From the NCBI RefSeq assembly GCF_006345805.1, contig NC_043001.1:132866001-132930000 (forward strand): a stretch of DNA of 64,000 nt, in the 5' to 3' direction. The position numbers and the translations under genes were made by a program. Below, piece after piece: positions 13,296 through 26,871 of this stretch (positions within the stretch are counted from its first letter, which is position 1; each line of letters opens with the position of its first letter). This DNA is from Octopus sinensis (taxonomy: Eukaryota). The notes beneath the pieces were generated by a model, which saw only the letters and a program-made list of their open reading frames with translations, was not told the DNA's origin and did not search any database.

Positions 13296-13298
<3 letters not shown>
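12998..13298 (-). mobile_element. tRNA-Arg-like-headed SINE
   Basis: Minus-strand head GGCGCAATGGCCCAGTGGTTAGGGCAGTGGACTCGTGGTC...GGTTTCGATTCCC (A and B boxes, TCG in the anticodon loop), followed by ~230 bp of non-tRNA body. Confidence 0.75.
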
Positions 13299-13329
<31 letters not shown>

Positions 13330-13334
13330 CAGGT

Positions 13335-13610
13335 ATAGGTGCAATGTGGCTGTGTGGTAAGAAGCTTGCTTCCAAGCCACTTGGTTCCAGGTCCAGTCCC
13401 ACTGTGTGGCACTTTGGGCAACTATTTTCTACTATAGCCTCGGGCTGGAAAAAACCTTGTGAGTGGATTTTTTAGACAGAAACTGAAAGAATCCCATCGT
13501 ATATATGTGTGTGTGTGTGTGTGTATTTGCATATGTGTCTGTCTTACTCACCCCACCACCATCACTTGACAACCAGTGTTGGTGTGTTTACGTCCCTGTA
13601 ACTTAGGTAA
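13335..13610 (+). mobile_element. SINE family B, diverged and 3'-truncated
   Basis: ggtgcaatgtggctgtgtggtaagaagcttgc...ccttgtgagtggattt...acagaaactgaaagaa. Confidence 0.8.
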
Positions 13611-13794
13611 CTTGTATGCTCCATACACTCAGCACATAAAAATACAAAAATGTAATGGTATATTTTTTCTGTCTCCGACAAGATTCAACTTGACAATGAT
13701 TTAATCATTTTAATTAATTTCTAAAGTTTGAATCAAAACTGGTGTCAGAGATTATGTCTATATAATTATTAATTGATTTACCTCTATTTTCTTA

Positions 13795-13801
13795 TTTTTC
13801 T

Positions 13802-13834
<33 letters not shown>

Positions 13835-13979
13835 TGTGTGTGTGTGTGTGTGTGTATACATATCTATACATATATATATACACATACACACACACGTACA
13901 TACGTATTATACATATATGCATAAATATATACATATACATATTATATACACATGTATTATATATACATACATGCATATT

Positions 13980-14039
<60 letters not shown>

Positions 14040-14185
14040 CATATATACTTATATATATGTATACATGTGTGTATATATATATGCATATATGTCTGTATAA
14101 ATGCATGTGTATATATGTATATGTATGTACGTGTGTATGTGTGTGCTTATATATGTATACATGTATATATGTACATAAATATATG
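13795..14185. repeat. Compound (TA)n/(TG)n/(CA)n microsatellite
   Basis: Direct inspection. Confidence 0.95.
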
Positions 14186-14189
14186 CAGG

Positions 14190-14960
14190 GGACTGCACCA
14201 AGGTTTACTGTCTGTTTTGGTATGGGTTTTCCAGCTGCATGCACTTGGTTCCCCACGAAAGTGAAAGCTCTGAATTTTCTCCATTGTAAATCTTATTCTA
14301 GCAGTTACACTTTCTGTACATCCTCTCCCACTGCTAACTAGATCCCCTTGTTAGCAGAAATTATCCCCTACTTCTAAAGTACCTCTGAGGCATTTGAGAA
14401 AATCAAATTTCTGAGTATGTATAGTTTTTATGGCTCCTGTGCATTTTCCACATACAAGCACTTATTTCTGTGATAACCTTCCTATTATTTCACATCACCT
14501 CTCACATGTCCATAGCTTGCACTGGGTACATTGTATGAAATTTCTGCTGACATCTTTCCTACATATTGAGCAAGGTCATTTACTTGATGGAGGTAGGGTC
14601 CTGCCCATTCTCTTGCTTACTATAGCCTTAGGTTTTGCTAAATCAATTTTAAGGCCCTTCGATTCAAGGTTTTGCTTCTATACTTGGAATTTTTTTTCTA
14701 CTTCTGTTACAGAATCTGTCATGTGAGTAAGATCATCAGCATACAGTAATTCCCAGGAGCAGTCAGTCTTATATTCCTGTTATAGCCTAGAAGACAATGA
14801 TGAAGTGGAACAAGTATTAGATCTTTGGACAGAATACCTTGTGGTGTTTGTCCCAGCTCTGTGGATCCTGATTTCAGATCCTACTATAGCCCACTTGGAT
14901 GACAACCTTAATCCATTACCCAATTTAACATCAACACCTGGACCATAGGTGCCTTTAGTA
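14190..14960 (-). mobile_element. Decayed RTE-type LINE RT fragment with Cys-rich (PHD-like) insert
   Basis: Minus frame CSWELLYADDL (YADD at 14732-14743), then KFQV*KQNLESKGLK, then PCSICRKDVSRNFIQCTQCKLW...VCGKC, then [28 protein letters not shown]. Several stops. Confidence 0.85.
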
Positions 14961-17119
14961 GAGTGCATTTTGCAGCAAGCATTTGGGCCAGATGCCCAGA
15001 TTGAGGATCTCTTCAACCTTCTCTCCCAACAGTTTCAGAAGCCCTAAGCAGAATCATGGACATGACAAATTCAATGTGTTGTTGCAGTGAATTCTTCAGC
15101 AGCAGCCAACACATGATTCATAGTTTCCTCTTTGCTCTTACCCACCAGTTTTGGAGGCTCTTCAGAAAGGTTACAGATAGACATTACTATAATTCCTCCA
15201 CTAACTAAGCAAAAATATATATATATATATATATATATATAGAAAGTAAAAAAAACGGTCAGAATATGAAGAAAACGTTGCAAGTGAGAGGTGTGAATTG
15301 TTTTGGCCATTCAAGTTCATCACATATGCAAGTCATAGAGTCAACCCATCATTTCCTATCTCAATATTCTCATTTCATAGATTGGTTCCACTTCCTCTTC
15401 CTCCTCCTCCTCCCACAATTCACACACACACACACACACGCAAGCATACATGCAAGCACTCACACACATGCTCAATGACTGAGGGAGCAAGACATACACC
15501 AACTATCTAAGAACGACACTTGAGCTACTAATTTTATCCTCACCAGGGATAATACACTTATGAGATAATGGAATGAAATTATTATGCACAATAAAAAGTG
15601 ATGTGAATACTAACGGCGTAATAGTTCAACTGAACTTAAATAATAAGTTTTCTGTTTCAATATGAAGTGAAAATTTGAAAAATTTAAGAAAAAACAAAAA
15701 CATGGAAATAAAAATAAAATCCTAACAAACTGTCTTTTTGAATCAGTGCAAAACAATGCAAGGAGGCTATAGAAAACAACAACAACAACAACAACAGAAA
15801 CCTGTAGAACTAAAATAAATTATAATAACAGCTTTTGATAACAGACATGAAGTCCTACAAGGTAAATAACTGCTGCATAGAAATGTATGGAAACTCAAAC
15901 GAAAATAAGAAAATTTGCTTTCAGGTAGTGTAATAGAATAAAAGCTGAGTGAAAGAGAGTCAATATGCCTTATTAATATATCCACTTCAAATTGTTATTG
16001 TTTTTTATTGTTATTGTTGTTGTTGTTATTTACTTTTTTATAACAATATTTTACTTATTTAAAAGAGGAAAATAAGATGGATGGGGCAGTAGAATGCCAC
16101 ACTAAATTCTTTGCATTGACAAGTTCAAATCCTGCCAAGATAATTTTTTTTTTATTTTCTCCTAGAAATCAATCTAAATAAGTTCTACTAATGTGGTAAA
16201 ATAGTTAAAAAAATAAAACATTTAATAAAAAATACCATCCCAGCACCCTAATTCTCTTTTTCTAATTTCTAATGGCTTCATACTTTGTTACAACAATTAT
16301 ACCTTTACAAGAAAGAAAAAAAAAAAGAAGAAATAATAATGATTTCTAACTCAGGTGTAAGGCTGCAGATATTGGAACCTGTTGAATCAAGAATTTGACT
16401 GGTTCTTTATTTTATCAAAACAGAAAAAATGAAAACAACACTGGAAAGATAAAAAGATGAAAACAAAGTAAAGTTCAGTTTAGTTGGCTAGAGTGACTCT
16501 AGTGCATCATTGATTCTTCATATTACAACCCCAAAATTATGAAAGGCAAAATTGACATCAGCTGTTTTTTTTTAACTCAGAATGTAATAACCACAAGACA
16601 TTTTATCAATGGTCTGCAAATTCTGCCAACCAACCACCCTTGTCACTTACATCAATCTCAATACATGACTGGTATTTTATTTTTTGACTCCAGAGGGATG
16701 AAAGATAAAGTTGACCTTAGCTTCATTTGAACCTTGTACCAGAAATAAGATATATGGATCAATTAACCAGTTAAATTAACCAGCAACTCAATCAATTCAA
16801 TCAATTCAATCATCAGTAATACCTATATTTTCTACTCTTTACAAATGCTAAATCTACTTAATTCAGATACCCTTTCAACAAAATTACATTACACACAAAC
16901 ATGCACACTTTTATGATAGGTCTACCTTAATACAAGATTAAAGAGACAATTCATAGAAGGAAAATTTCGATGCATCTGGATGTAGAGTAGAAGATATATT
17001 AAATATAGAGTATCTGATGATTGAACAGAAGTCCTCAAAGAAAAATTATCTGGCTTTAACCTATAAGTTTTAAGACATTTGTACAGTTGTTGTATACCCT
17101 GTAATTAATAAATCATCCC

Positions 17120-17620
17120 AATTATCATTTAATGCCCATATTCCATGCTGGCATGGGTTGGATGGTTTGACAAGATGCAATGGGACCAAGGACTGAATCA
17201 TACTCCAGTGTTTGCTTTGGCATGGCTTGATACCCTTCCTAATACCAACCACTTGACATGTACTGGGTGCTTTTTTTTCATGCCACCAGTACTAGTGGAG
17301 TCACCATGCAGCTTGAAAGACTACAAACCACAAGGGGGCAGCTTTACACTAGGAGTTAAGGGGTTGAAGTGTGAGAGAAGAAGCCAGATCAGAACAGATT
17401 TCTTGCTGTAGAAGAGCTATATGACTACTCTATTAAGAAGAGAGTGAGAGTGGAGCTGGAAAGAGAAAAAAATAGTAGTGATATAATAGATCCTCAGGGT
17501 GCGAGGTGAGTAAAAGTGAGTGATGACTGAGGAAACATGAAAATGGGTGGTGGGGGTTGTAAGGGTGCATAGAGAAGTGAAAATGGGGAAAAAGGTGAGA
17601 AGGGGGAAGTAGAGTCAGCG
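17120..17620 (-). mobile_element. Repeat with RTE-type (family C) tail but a different upstream body
   Basis: ccatgctggcatgggttggatgg...ccttcctaataccaaccac tail joined to a body not seen upstream of the RTE ORF tail. Similar start at 26872-27130. Confidence 0.55.
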
Positions 17621-18279
17621 GATAGTGTTAAACCAAGTAACAGTTTAAGTCTACTACCTAAGAACTTAACCAACAACAAACTTGAACAAGTACTCTAAGG
17701 CATCATGTCTGATGCTCTAGCAGTTCTACCAAGCCACTACCCTAAACTGGTGCTTTATCTTACCAATTTTGTAAAGATGAAAGGTAAAGCTAACTTCATC
17801 GTGATTTGAATTCAAAGTGTGGAGAGCTTGAGCCAATTCTGTGAGGCATTTTGTCCTCCACTCAAACATCTGTGCCAGTTAACCACTTAATGCAATAAAA
17901 GTTTGATACTATTTTACATGTGTAAGGTGGTGGGCTGACAGAATCATTAGAGTACCAAATGAAATCTTTTGCAGTATTTAGTTACATCTTTTTATGTTTT
18001 GGTTTCAAATCTCACTGAGGTCAATTTTGCCTTTCAAATTTTGGTGTCAATAGATTACCAGTCAAGTACTGAAACTGATGGTACCAAATGACATGTTCCT
18101 CTCAAAATTGTTGGCCTTGAGCATAAAAACAATTATTTTAAATGCATAGTTATCAAGCATTAAGAAATGTTTATTAACTAATATGAGGCATTAAAAAACA
18201 TCACAGCCTCTAAATAAAAAAACTAACTTTGTAAATAACAATCTGATACACAGTATATCCTAGAGTAAATATTTCTCAA

Positions 18280-19092
18280 CCTCACTTTGTTGGTAACTAA
18301 GGGCCTCTCCCTCAGAGTGAAATACAGATTGTATGATGCTTATGTATGTACAGCTATACTACATGGCAGTGAAACATGAGCTGTGACTACAGAGTACTTG
18401 AGAAGGCTTCAAAGAAACGAAGCTAGCATGCTCCATTGGATGGGTAATGTCACTGTGCACATACAACAGTGTAAATGATTTAAGAGGAAAGTTGGGTATA
18501 AGGGGCAGTAGATGCTGTGTGCAAAAGAGAAGACTGCACTGGTATGGTCATGTGATGTATATGGATGAGGACAGCTGCTTAAAGAAGTGCCAATATCATC
18601 TAATTGTGGAGGGAACCAGTGGAAGAGGTAGATCCAGAAAGATGTGGGATGAAGTGATGAGAAAGGATCTTTAGTTTCTGGGCCTCACTGAGGAGATAAA
18701 AATAGACCAGTGGCAATTTGCTGTACCTGAAAAGACATTTCAAGTTAAGTAAAATCACGGTTACCCATGCATACAGGCATGTCCTTTGTGGCCATGCCCC
18801 TACTCCCTCTCCCAGCTGAAAGGATTTTGTCTGGAAGATGCCTGTGCCACATAAAATGCACTCATGCCAGTGCCATGTAAAATGCACTCATGCTGGTGCC
18901 ACATACAATGGTGGTACATAAAATGCACTGAGTTCATGCTGTAGAGTGGCTGGCATTAGGAATGGCATCCAACCATAGAAACCATGCCAAACAAACAATA
19001 GGAACCTGGACAGCTCTCTGGCTGGCCAGCTTTTGTTAAACTGTCCGACCCATGCCAGCATAGAAAACGGACGTTAAATAATGATGATGATG
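18280..19092 (+). mobile_element. RTE LINE 3' fragment (ORF C-terminus + 3' UTR)
   Basis: TKGLSLRVKYRLYDAYVCTAILHGSET*; KRRLHWYGHV...GRGRSRKMWDEVMRKDL; continues into the family C UTR and (ATG)n. Confidence 0.9.
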
Positions 19093-20559
19093 TGCCAAGT
19101 ATGATTTTTCCTTCCATCCTTTCATGGTCAATAAAATAAGTATCAGTTGAACACTTAGGTCAATGTCCTTGACTAACCACCTCCTTCAAAATTTCAGGCC
19201 TTGTGCCAATAGCAGAAAAGATTATTCACAGCAAACAGAAATTCAGTATTTCGGGAAGGTGTTTTGTTTTTGTTTTATCCAAATATCCTCTCAGGATACT
19301 TACCTCAATAGCATAAAAAAAATGAAAATAACATTAAATATCCCATATAATTTCACTAGATCAGAAGCTATAGCTATAAGTAGATGATCAATATACTTAT
19401 TCCAAACAAAATCAAAACTGACATAGATTTCTTTGTAAACAGCAAAAAATAAAAGAAAAATTTCCAATCAACCTACATTCTGAAATTATTCCAGTGAAAT
19501 GCAAAACTGCATCATTCTATGTCTGATAGGGTGTTTCTCATCTCTATACATAAGACTGAGCTTTTGTAGATCAAGTCAAAAACATTCTAGTTGAATCAAG
19601 GCATCAAGTAAATTACTTACTAAAGCTATACATATATTTAATCTATGGTTATTACATAGAGTTTTTTTTTAATATTTTTTTAATATTACTTTACACATGA
19701 TAGACAGATAAGAGACCTTCCTCCAACTCATTTTAGTGTTTGCTTTCCATGTGATCTATAACTCGTGTGTATACATCTATGTATATATATATATATATAT
19801 ATTATATATACACACAAACACATACATGTATACACACACATACACACACACACAAACACACACACGGTAATATTTGCTGCTTTGTTTAATACCTTGATAG
19901 AGTTTAGCTTGGATTTGTTTTGTCAATATTTTGCATTATGGTGGCTGAGTGCTATTTTTTACTGTGCTATGATGTGAGTTCAGTTTCTTACAAATGTGTG
20001 TAATTGCTTTTGAAAAGTATTTTACACATAGATTTTACTGGAACAGATTATGATCATTTAGGGATATGCTATCATCTGTAATATAGATTTAGAGGTGACT
20101 TTTATTGAAACAGACAATGACTGATCAATGGTACAATAGGATATTTAAACACAATAGTTTTATCAAAATTTTAAATGTAAAAATATTAAAGTTATTAATG
20201 AAGCTAAATTTAAATTTAAAATGTAATTTAATTTAAAATACAAGATTCCAAAATTAAATTTAAATTAACAAGCCTAACTCTGCACACATACTTTCCTCTT
20301 CCAACTGACACCAACTTAACCAAACCCTGACAGACATGAATTAACTGGAACTAATAATATATACAAGCATTGATTGAAGCCAATACTACAGGTGTAAATA
20401 AAATTTAATTAACTACACAGGCCAGTTGTAAACAACTGTCTTTATAGACAATATAATCATTTACAAAGGTCTGTCCTCTATCTTACTTACCAAAATTTTA
20501 GTGTTTGCTAGGTTTACTTTCAGGCCTCTTATTTTCAAATTTTGCTTCCTTGCCTAGAA

Positions 20560-20761
20560 TTTCATCACTAAATCACCCTTACTTCTATGATAAAAATTCT
20601 GTTTTAAAGTGACCAAAACTAAAATTTCCCATCAAAATTCCATGTTAATTTATGTCCAAGACACAGCTTAATAATGATTTTACTAAATTTTATATTACTT
20701 TCAAAATTAATTGAAACAAAGGCAATCCATGCTGACAGAAACATGGTAACGAAAGGGTTAA
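20560..20761 (-). mobile_element. Partial TTAA-type MITE (second family)
   Basis: Ends ...gaaagggTTAA, the same AAAGGG|TTAA terminus as the 21524 MITE. The other end is not recognisable. Confidence 0.45.
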
Positions 20762-20881
20762 GAAGTCAATAAAATAAAGTACTAGTCCAGGATAATAAAT
20801 CAATAGAATTATTAGAGCATTGGATGAGATGCCTTTTGGTATTTGGGTCTACCATTTGAATTCTGAGATGTTATGTGATTT

Positions 20882-20939
20882 ATTTAATCTGTCATTGTTT
20901 ATTTAATCTGTCATTGATTCATTTAATCTGTCATTGTTT
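20882..20939. repeat. Three tandem copies of a 19-20 bp unit (atttaatctgtcattg...)
   Basis: Direct inspection. Confidence 0.9.
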
Positions 20940-21419
20940 AACACTACCACCTTATTCTTGGATGCTTTTGGCAGAGTTAACCATGTTGCAAACATTTAGA
21001 TCAAGTCTTGAGAGTAAGAAAGCAGCTTCTGTAATTTAGTAGGCTTTGTTTAAAGGACCATATGTTCTTCATCAATAACATTGAACTATTCTGATATATT
21101 GGTAAAAGACATACACATACACATGACACATTTCCACACAGTTTCTCTCAACCAAATTCCACTCTGTATATTGATCAACCCAAGGCTGTGGTAGCCAAAG
21201 GTTCTGCTCAGTGCAAGTGAACCCAGAACCATATGGCTGCAGAGCAAATTTCTTAACCACACAACCATGCTTATGAGTTTTGTCGGCAGGCAGCAAATGA
21301 TGAAGGCTGAATTGCACATTTGAGTAAAATCCTTCACATGTGGATCCATGAGTGAGAGTACATAAGTAATTGTAACTGCAAATGAAACGAACAAGTAAGA
21401 TGTGGTACTCAAAAAATCT

Positions 21420-22250
21420 AGGACAGTGCCTCCAAATAAGAACTGATCTGTACCTGTGACAGTCCATCAAACCTATGCTAGCACTGAAAACGGATATGAA
21501 ATGATTATGATTATGATGATTAACCCTTTAGCATTTAAACTGGCCATATCCGGCCAAAAGTATTCTGCCTGTTTTATGTTCAAACTGGCCATATCTGGTC
21601 TCTCACACCAACCCTACAATATCATTTTAAAAATTAACAGCTACCTCATCAAAATCTCATAGCTACAAGATTAATGAATGATTAGTTCAAAACAATGTGG
21701 ATAAAAAGGATTAATTTTGGCAGAATAATGTGAACACTAAAGGGTTAAAGGCAATGAGCTGGCAGAATTGTTGGCATGCCAAATGAAATGCTTACAAGCA
21801 TAGTACCTCCAAGTAAGAACTGGCCAGGACCAGTGACAGTCTATCAAACCTATGCTAGCATGGAAAACAGATATGAAATTATTATCCTCATGATTATTGA
21901 AGGCAGCGAGCTGGCAGAATCATTGGCATGCCAAATAAGATGCTTAGAAGCACAGTACCTCCAAATAAGAACCGGCCGGGCCAGTAACAGTCTATCAAAC
22001 CTATGCTAGCATAGAAAATGGATATAAAATTATTATTATTATGATGATTAAAGGCAGCAAGCTGGCAGAATTGTTGGCATGCTGAATGAAATGCTTAGAA
22101 GGATTTCTTTCAGTTTTACATCTTAAGTTCAAATTCTGCCAAGGCTGACTTTGCCTTTCATCCTACTTTTTGGGAGGAGGTGGAGTCAATAAAATAAGTA
22201 CTAGCTGAGTACTAAAGTTGTTGTAATCAACTAGGTCCCTTCTCCAAAAT
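21420..22250 (+). repeat. ~150-bp tandem array of RTE-tail / SINE-A-head units ending in a SINE A copy
   Basis: aaggca..gagctggcagaa heads at 21748, 21900 and 22051 (period 152/151). The first two are followed by cagtacctccaa...aacctatgctagcat.gaaaa; a partial unit lies upstream of the MITE. Confidence 0.8.
21524..21744 (-). mobile_element. piggyBac-like MITE with TTAA target-site duplication
   Basis: TTAA(21520-23)|CCCTTTAG...CTAAAGGG|TTAA(21745-48). Reverse-complement homolog of 31398-31616. Confidence 0.9.
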
Positions 22251-22314
22251 TACTGGTTGTGTGTCAAAATTTTAAATTATTATTATCATTATTATTGTTG
22301 TTATAATCATTATT

Positions 22315-22505
22315 AAGGCAGTGAAGTGACAGAATCTTTAGCATGCCAAGCAAAATGCTTAGCGGCATTTTGTCCATTTTCTGAGTTCAAATTCTACAAA
22401 GGTCAACTTTGCCTTTCATCATTTCAGGGTCAATAAAATAAGTAGCAGTTGTACACTGGGGGTGATGCAATTGACTAGCCCCTGCCTCCAAAATTTCAGG
22501 TTTTG
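22315..22505 (+). mobile_element. SINE family A, diverged
   Basis: aaggcagtgaagtgacagaa...gagttcaaattc...ctttgcctttcatcatttcagggtcaataaaataagtag. Confidence 0.75.
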
Positions 22506-24879
22506 TACTTATAGTAGAATATATAACTGTTACGATGATGATGATGAAGATATGAAAATGATGCATGACTGTATGTACAGATATGTACAAATAAATAAAT
22601 GCAATACATATCTACATATGCCTCTGTGTGTGTGTGTATGTCTGTCCGTCTGTCTGTGTACATGCATGTGCGTGTGTGTGTATTTATCAGATACCTTCAT
22701 CAGTCACCTAACATTCTCAGTGAAGTTTGAACAATTGATATCATTGCTTCTGACATTTAATTGAACGATATTAAAAAGAAATCTCTCAGATTATCTGTTC
22801 TATTCTAACAGAAATTTTTCTACTGTATTTTGCTGAAGATTAGTAGTGATGCAATAGAATTTAATGCATTATATACAATATATGCTCATACATACATAAA
22901 TACATATATACACTCTCATATATGTATATAAACACACACACATGCACACACACACATTCTTATAAAAATCCATCTAAATACACACACTCACACACACACA
23001 CATATACATATATATAAAATGAAATAATATATATATATGCACACATATAGATACATACATACACATACTTATATACATATAAATATACACGCACATACAC
23101 ACACATATATTCATATATATTACATACATATATATACACACAATATATATGTATATTTGATATTGAATACACCTTTATGGACCTATTTCTAAAGTGCAGT
23201 AAGCTGTAGCTGCTGGCTGTTATTTTATCACATCTAGAATATTGTCTCAAACTTGACTTGAAAAATGACATCAAAATAACATCTTTTATAACACTCTGAA
23301 CTCTCACGTATGACCACCAGCTATTTCTCTATTTTTACCTATAATATCTAGAGATTTGTTTTACCTATCTTATCAGCTAAACGTATACACTATTTGGGTT
23401 AGATGAAAAAGAAAATATGTCAAAGCATTGATCATACAACTATGGTTTTAAGTTTGATGGTTATTCATACATACATCCTAGCTTATTATCCTTAGGTGCA
23501 ATACTGACATTCTAAGTGACAGAAATGCACCTATCTAAATGAACTTCATGAAAATCAAATATATTCATAACAAAATATTCCTTCTTTCTGTTTTTTTCTT
23601 CTTTCTTACCCTTTATAAATTTCTTAGAAAATTTCATTTATATTTTGTTCATTCTTACTAAGGAAACAGCAACTATTTGTTTGTTTAACTTGCACCTATG
23701 CCTAAAGCCAACTTCATGGTTGTTGGAAAATATCATAGAAATCGTGAGGTTATGACAATTGTTCTTCACATATATATTTACTACTGATATATTTGACACA
23801 TTGTAGATAGAAATCAGTTTTCTATAAGTCATCAACTGATTCGGGGGAAAACATTTTCACACTTGTAATCACAAAAGTTATAATGCAATAAGAAAAAAAT
23901 ATAGATGTATAATTTAAAGTAAAAATTAGTTATCTTACATTTCACTTTATGAAAGTCTGGAGAAATTATATACCAATAATAAATGGAGAGGTTAGGTTTC
24001 TAATGATAGTAGCAAATAAAATTGGATAAATTGTGCTTATGCAACAGGCTGTCCTTATCCCTGGCCCCAACAGATACAAAGGCCCTACCCTGACACCTCC
24101 AGTTACTGTAAATATTTTGTTATATGTCTCACTGATAAGCTAATCCTTTATCAGTAAGAATGATCCATGTAGCCTGGTACTCATTCCCCATTTCTATAGC
24201 ATCTCTTTCTATGTGGAATATTAGAGTATCACAATTTGTTTTTTCCTGTAGCAGGAATTGAACCCAAAACTGCAAACTAATGAATCTCTTGTCAAATCAA
24301 CAATACTGCAATTACTTGGAGCAACTTACAGTTCCTACTTTGTAGTACATATTTGCAGCTAAGTGAACTGTGCATTTTAAGAGTGAAGTGGCCAAACTAT
24401 GCACAAACCACAATGTTAAGAGTGGACTCAGCTGGTTGACCACTATTCTATTAACTCAGCCACGCATGCTATTTTATACATCGGGACAAGACGCTTAAAA
24501 TTATTCCTGTTTTTCAGAAATGTACCAGGTACATGAGATGAAATACTGATGAAATACTGAGATGAAATAATATTCAATGTAAATGGATGTTTGTCTCTCA
24601 TCCATTTAATACTTTTAATACAATATAAATATATCGTTTTGTGTCATTATATCAATACAATAAGTTTGTTTGTAAAGTTATTACTTCCAAAATAAGTCTT
24701 TCTTTCAGTTAAGCTTTTGTGAACAACCACCAAAAATTTTTAATTGTTTCATGAATCAATGGAATCTCTATATTGAACCACCATAAGTATCTACCAAACT
24801 GTATACAAATCACAGTGTCTTAATCCTTTAGCATTTAAACCAGCCGTATCAAACCCAAATATTCTACCTGAGCCAAGTG

Positions 24880-25115
24880 AAATTGGAGTTGTGGCCGGTG
24901 TCATGTAACTGGTACCTGTGCTGGTGGCATGTAAAAGCACCCATACCAGTGGCACATAAAAAGTATCCATTACACTCTTGGAGTGGTTGGCGTTAGGAAG
25001 GGCATCCAACCATAGAAACCATGCCAAATCAGACTGGAACTTGGTGCAGCTTTCTGGCTTACCAGTTCCAGCCAACTGTCTAATCCATGCCAGCATGGAA
25101 AGCAGACACTAAATA

Positions 25116-25168
<53 letters not shown>
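24880..25168 (+). mobile_element. RTE 3' end copy (family C) with long (ATG)n tail
   Basis: Family C tail followed by ~18 ATG repeats. Confidence 0.85.
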
Positions 25169-25169
<1 letters not shown>

Positions 25170-25224
25170 GTGAGATTCAACACCTCATGCTTACCCTACA
25201 AAGTCATTCTAAAAATAAATGTTC

Positions 25225-25420
25225 CAGTGCCATGTAAAAAGCACCATGTACACTCTGTAAAGGGGTCAGCATTAGGAAGGGCATCCAGCCATAGATACTA
25301 TGCCAAAATATATAGAGTCTGGGCAGCTCTCTGGCTAGCCAGCTCTGGTCAAACTGTCCAACCCATACCAGCATGAAAAACAGACATTAAATGATAATGA
25401 TTATGATGATCATCATCATC
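25225..25420 (+). mobile_element. RTE 3' end copy (family C), diverged
   Basis: gtgccatgtaaaaagcacc...ggcatccagccatag...ccaacccataccagcatg. Confidence 0.75.
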
Positions 25421-26871
25421 GAAACCTCAGTATGAGTATAGTAAACAATGTAGTTCAGAATGCGCTACACTTGAATAAAAGGTGAAGTGGTTACAGTTGG
25501 AATGTCTGATCAGAGCTCCTTTTCATAAAAGTTAAACAAAAAGTATCTTATTTTGTGCTTATGATAACATTTGACTTTTTTTTTATTCTTTTAGTGATAA
25601 TATTCATTTACATCAAATCATCAAAAAATTGTGTTTCCTTTGTTTTGACTCCAGTTCATCAACCATAGATATTTTGCTCAATAAAATACAGCCAGTCTAT
25701 ATTTTATATTATGCATTCCGATGATATGCTCAATTAATATATATGACTGCAAGTAACTTAGAGAACAATCCATACCTGTATTAATATGAATTATCCCCCA
25801 ACCTCCACTAAAGTCATGCCAAAATTGCTGGCCTTGTGCCAAAATTTGAAACGAATATGATCATTATTATCAATTAATTCCTGATGATCCAGGCCTTACA
25901 AGGAAAAAGTAAATTTTCTTAGATATTTTTCTGGTGACATATAAAAGAACATTGAAAATTAGAGCTGTTGGTCAGCTCAGCCTATCAAATCTCTTTACGA
26001 TATCTTCATTTACTCATTTGTTACTAAAATATATATGAAGTTACTCAAACCAGAAATATTTCTAATAACTGGCATTTCTTCAGAAGCACAACACTAACAC
26101 ATTTTATGCATCTGAAGAACAGTGCTGCCCTGCTTTCTTCTTTGAAAACCCCTTGAGATAAAACTGCCAGCAAATCACATTTAATTGGAACACATTATCT
26201 ACCACAGAATTGATATCTATGAAATCTAGTTTCTTATCTGGAGTAAAATGCAAGAGAAACTTTGTAAGTGCTACAAGTTTAGGTCAATTTACTAATGGAA
26301 TACTTCTAAATCTCTGGTGGCACTTTTCAAATATGTCTTAAGATATTTGTGGAAGTAGCAAACCATGATAGAATTCTCCTTTCACATCAATGAATTTCAG
26401 CTTCATCAGCTCAATTCCAAATTGTATCTATCTGTACAAAGCTTTACCTAATGCTATTATCATACACATTGTTCAGAAAATTCCTGTTGCATCCGATCAT
26501 GATACACATTTTACATCCAGATACTCTTTTAAAATCAGATCTCAGATTCCATTTTGCAGTAGTATGTGTCTATGTATGTACAGGTTATGTAAACTGAAAT
26601 TATAAACATATATACACAGAGTTAATATAGACATAAATAAGGCAGTGAGTAGTAGAGAGTACATAACTTGTGGTATCTTGTTATGTACCATTGCATTCAG
26701 AGAGAGGATCCATCCAGCAGAATAAAATAAGCATCAGTAATATACTAGTATTAATTCAACATATTAAACCCTCCCCCTACATATTTGTGGCTTTATGTCA
26801 TTAAAAGACATCAATATTTGACTTCTGTCGAATATGAGAAAATAGAAATGGAAAAAGATGGCTATATATAT

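Noticed and set aside
13225-13298. tRNA gene calls for SINE heads (also at 51550, 61977 and 63405-63470)
   Set aside because: They lack complete acceptor stems and run into SINE bodies. They are tRNA-derived, not tRNA genes.
11524-14341. Numerous Y/I/C/H/T-rich ORFs here and at 3248-3580, 36180-36945, 42186-42532, 49134-49586, 53447-53858 and 61410-61820
   Set aside because: They are translations of TA/CA/TACA microsatellites, which lack stop codons in some frames.
21420-22130. CRISPR-like regular repeats (also 43362-43660 and 36235-36875)
   Set aside because: The intervening sequences are themselves repeated rather than unique spacers, there are no cas genes, and the context is eukaryotic.
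23939-23956. 18-nt minus-strand micro-exon candidate (tttctccAG|...|GTAAGA)
   Set aside because: It has a stop in the phase needed after the kinesin exon and no kinesin similarity. Such site pairs arise by chance in 64 kb.
26385-26415. Minus-strand CTGATGA-AGCT-GAAA
   Set aside because: No room for a stem II loop, and no stem I or III complementarity.
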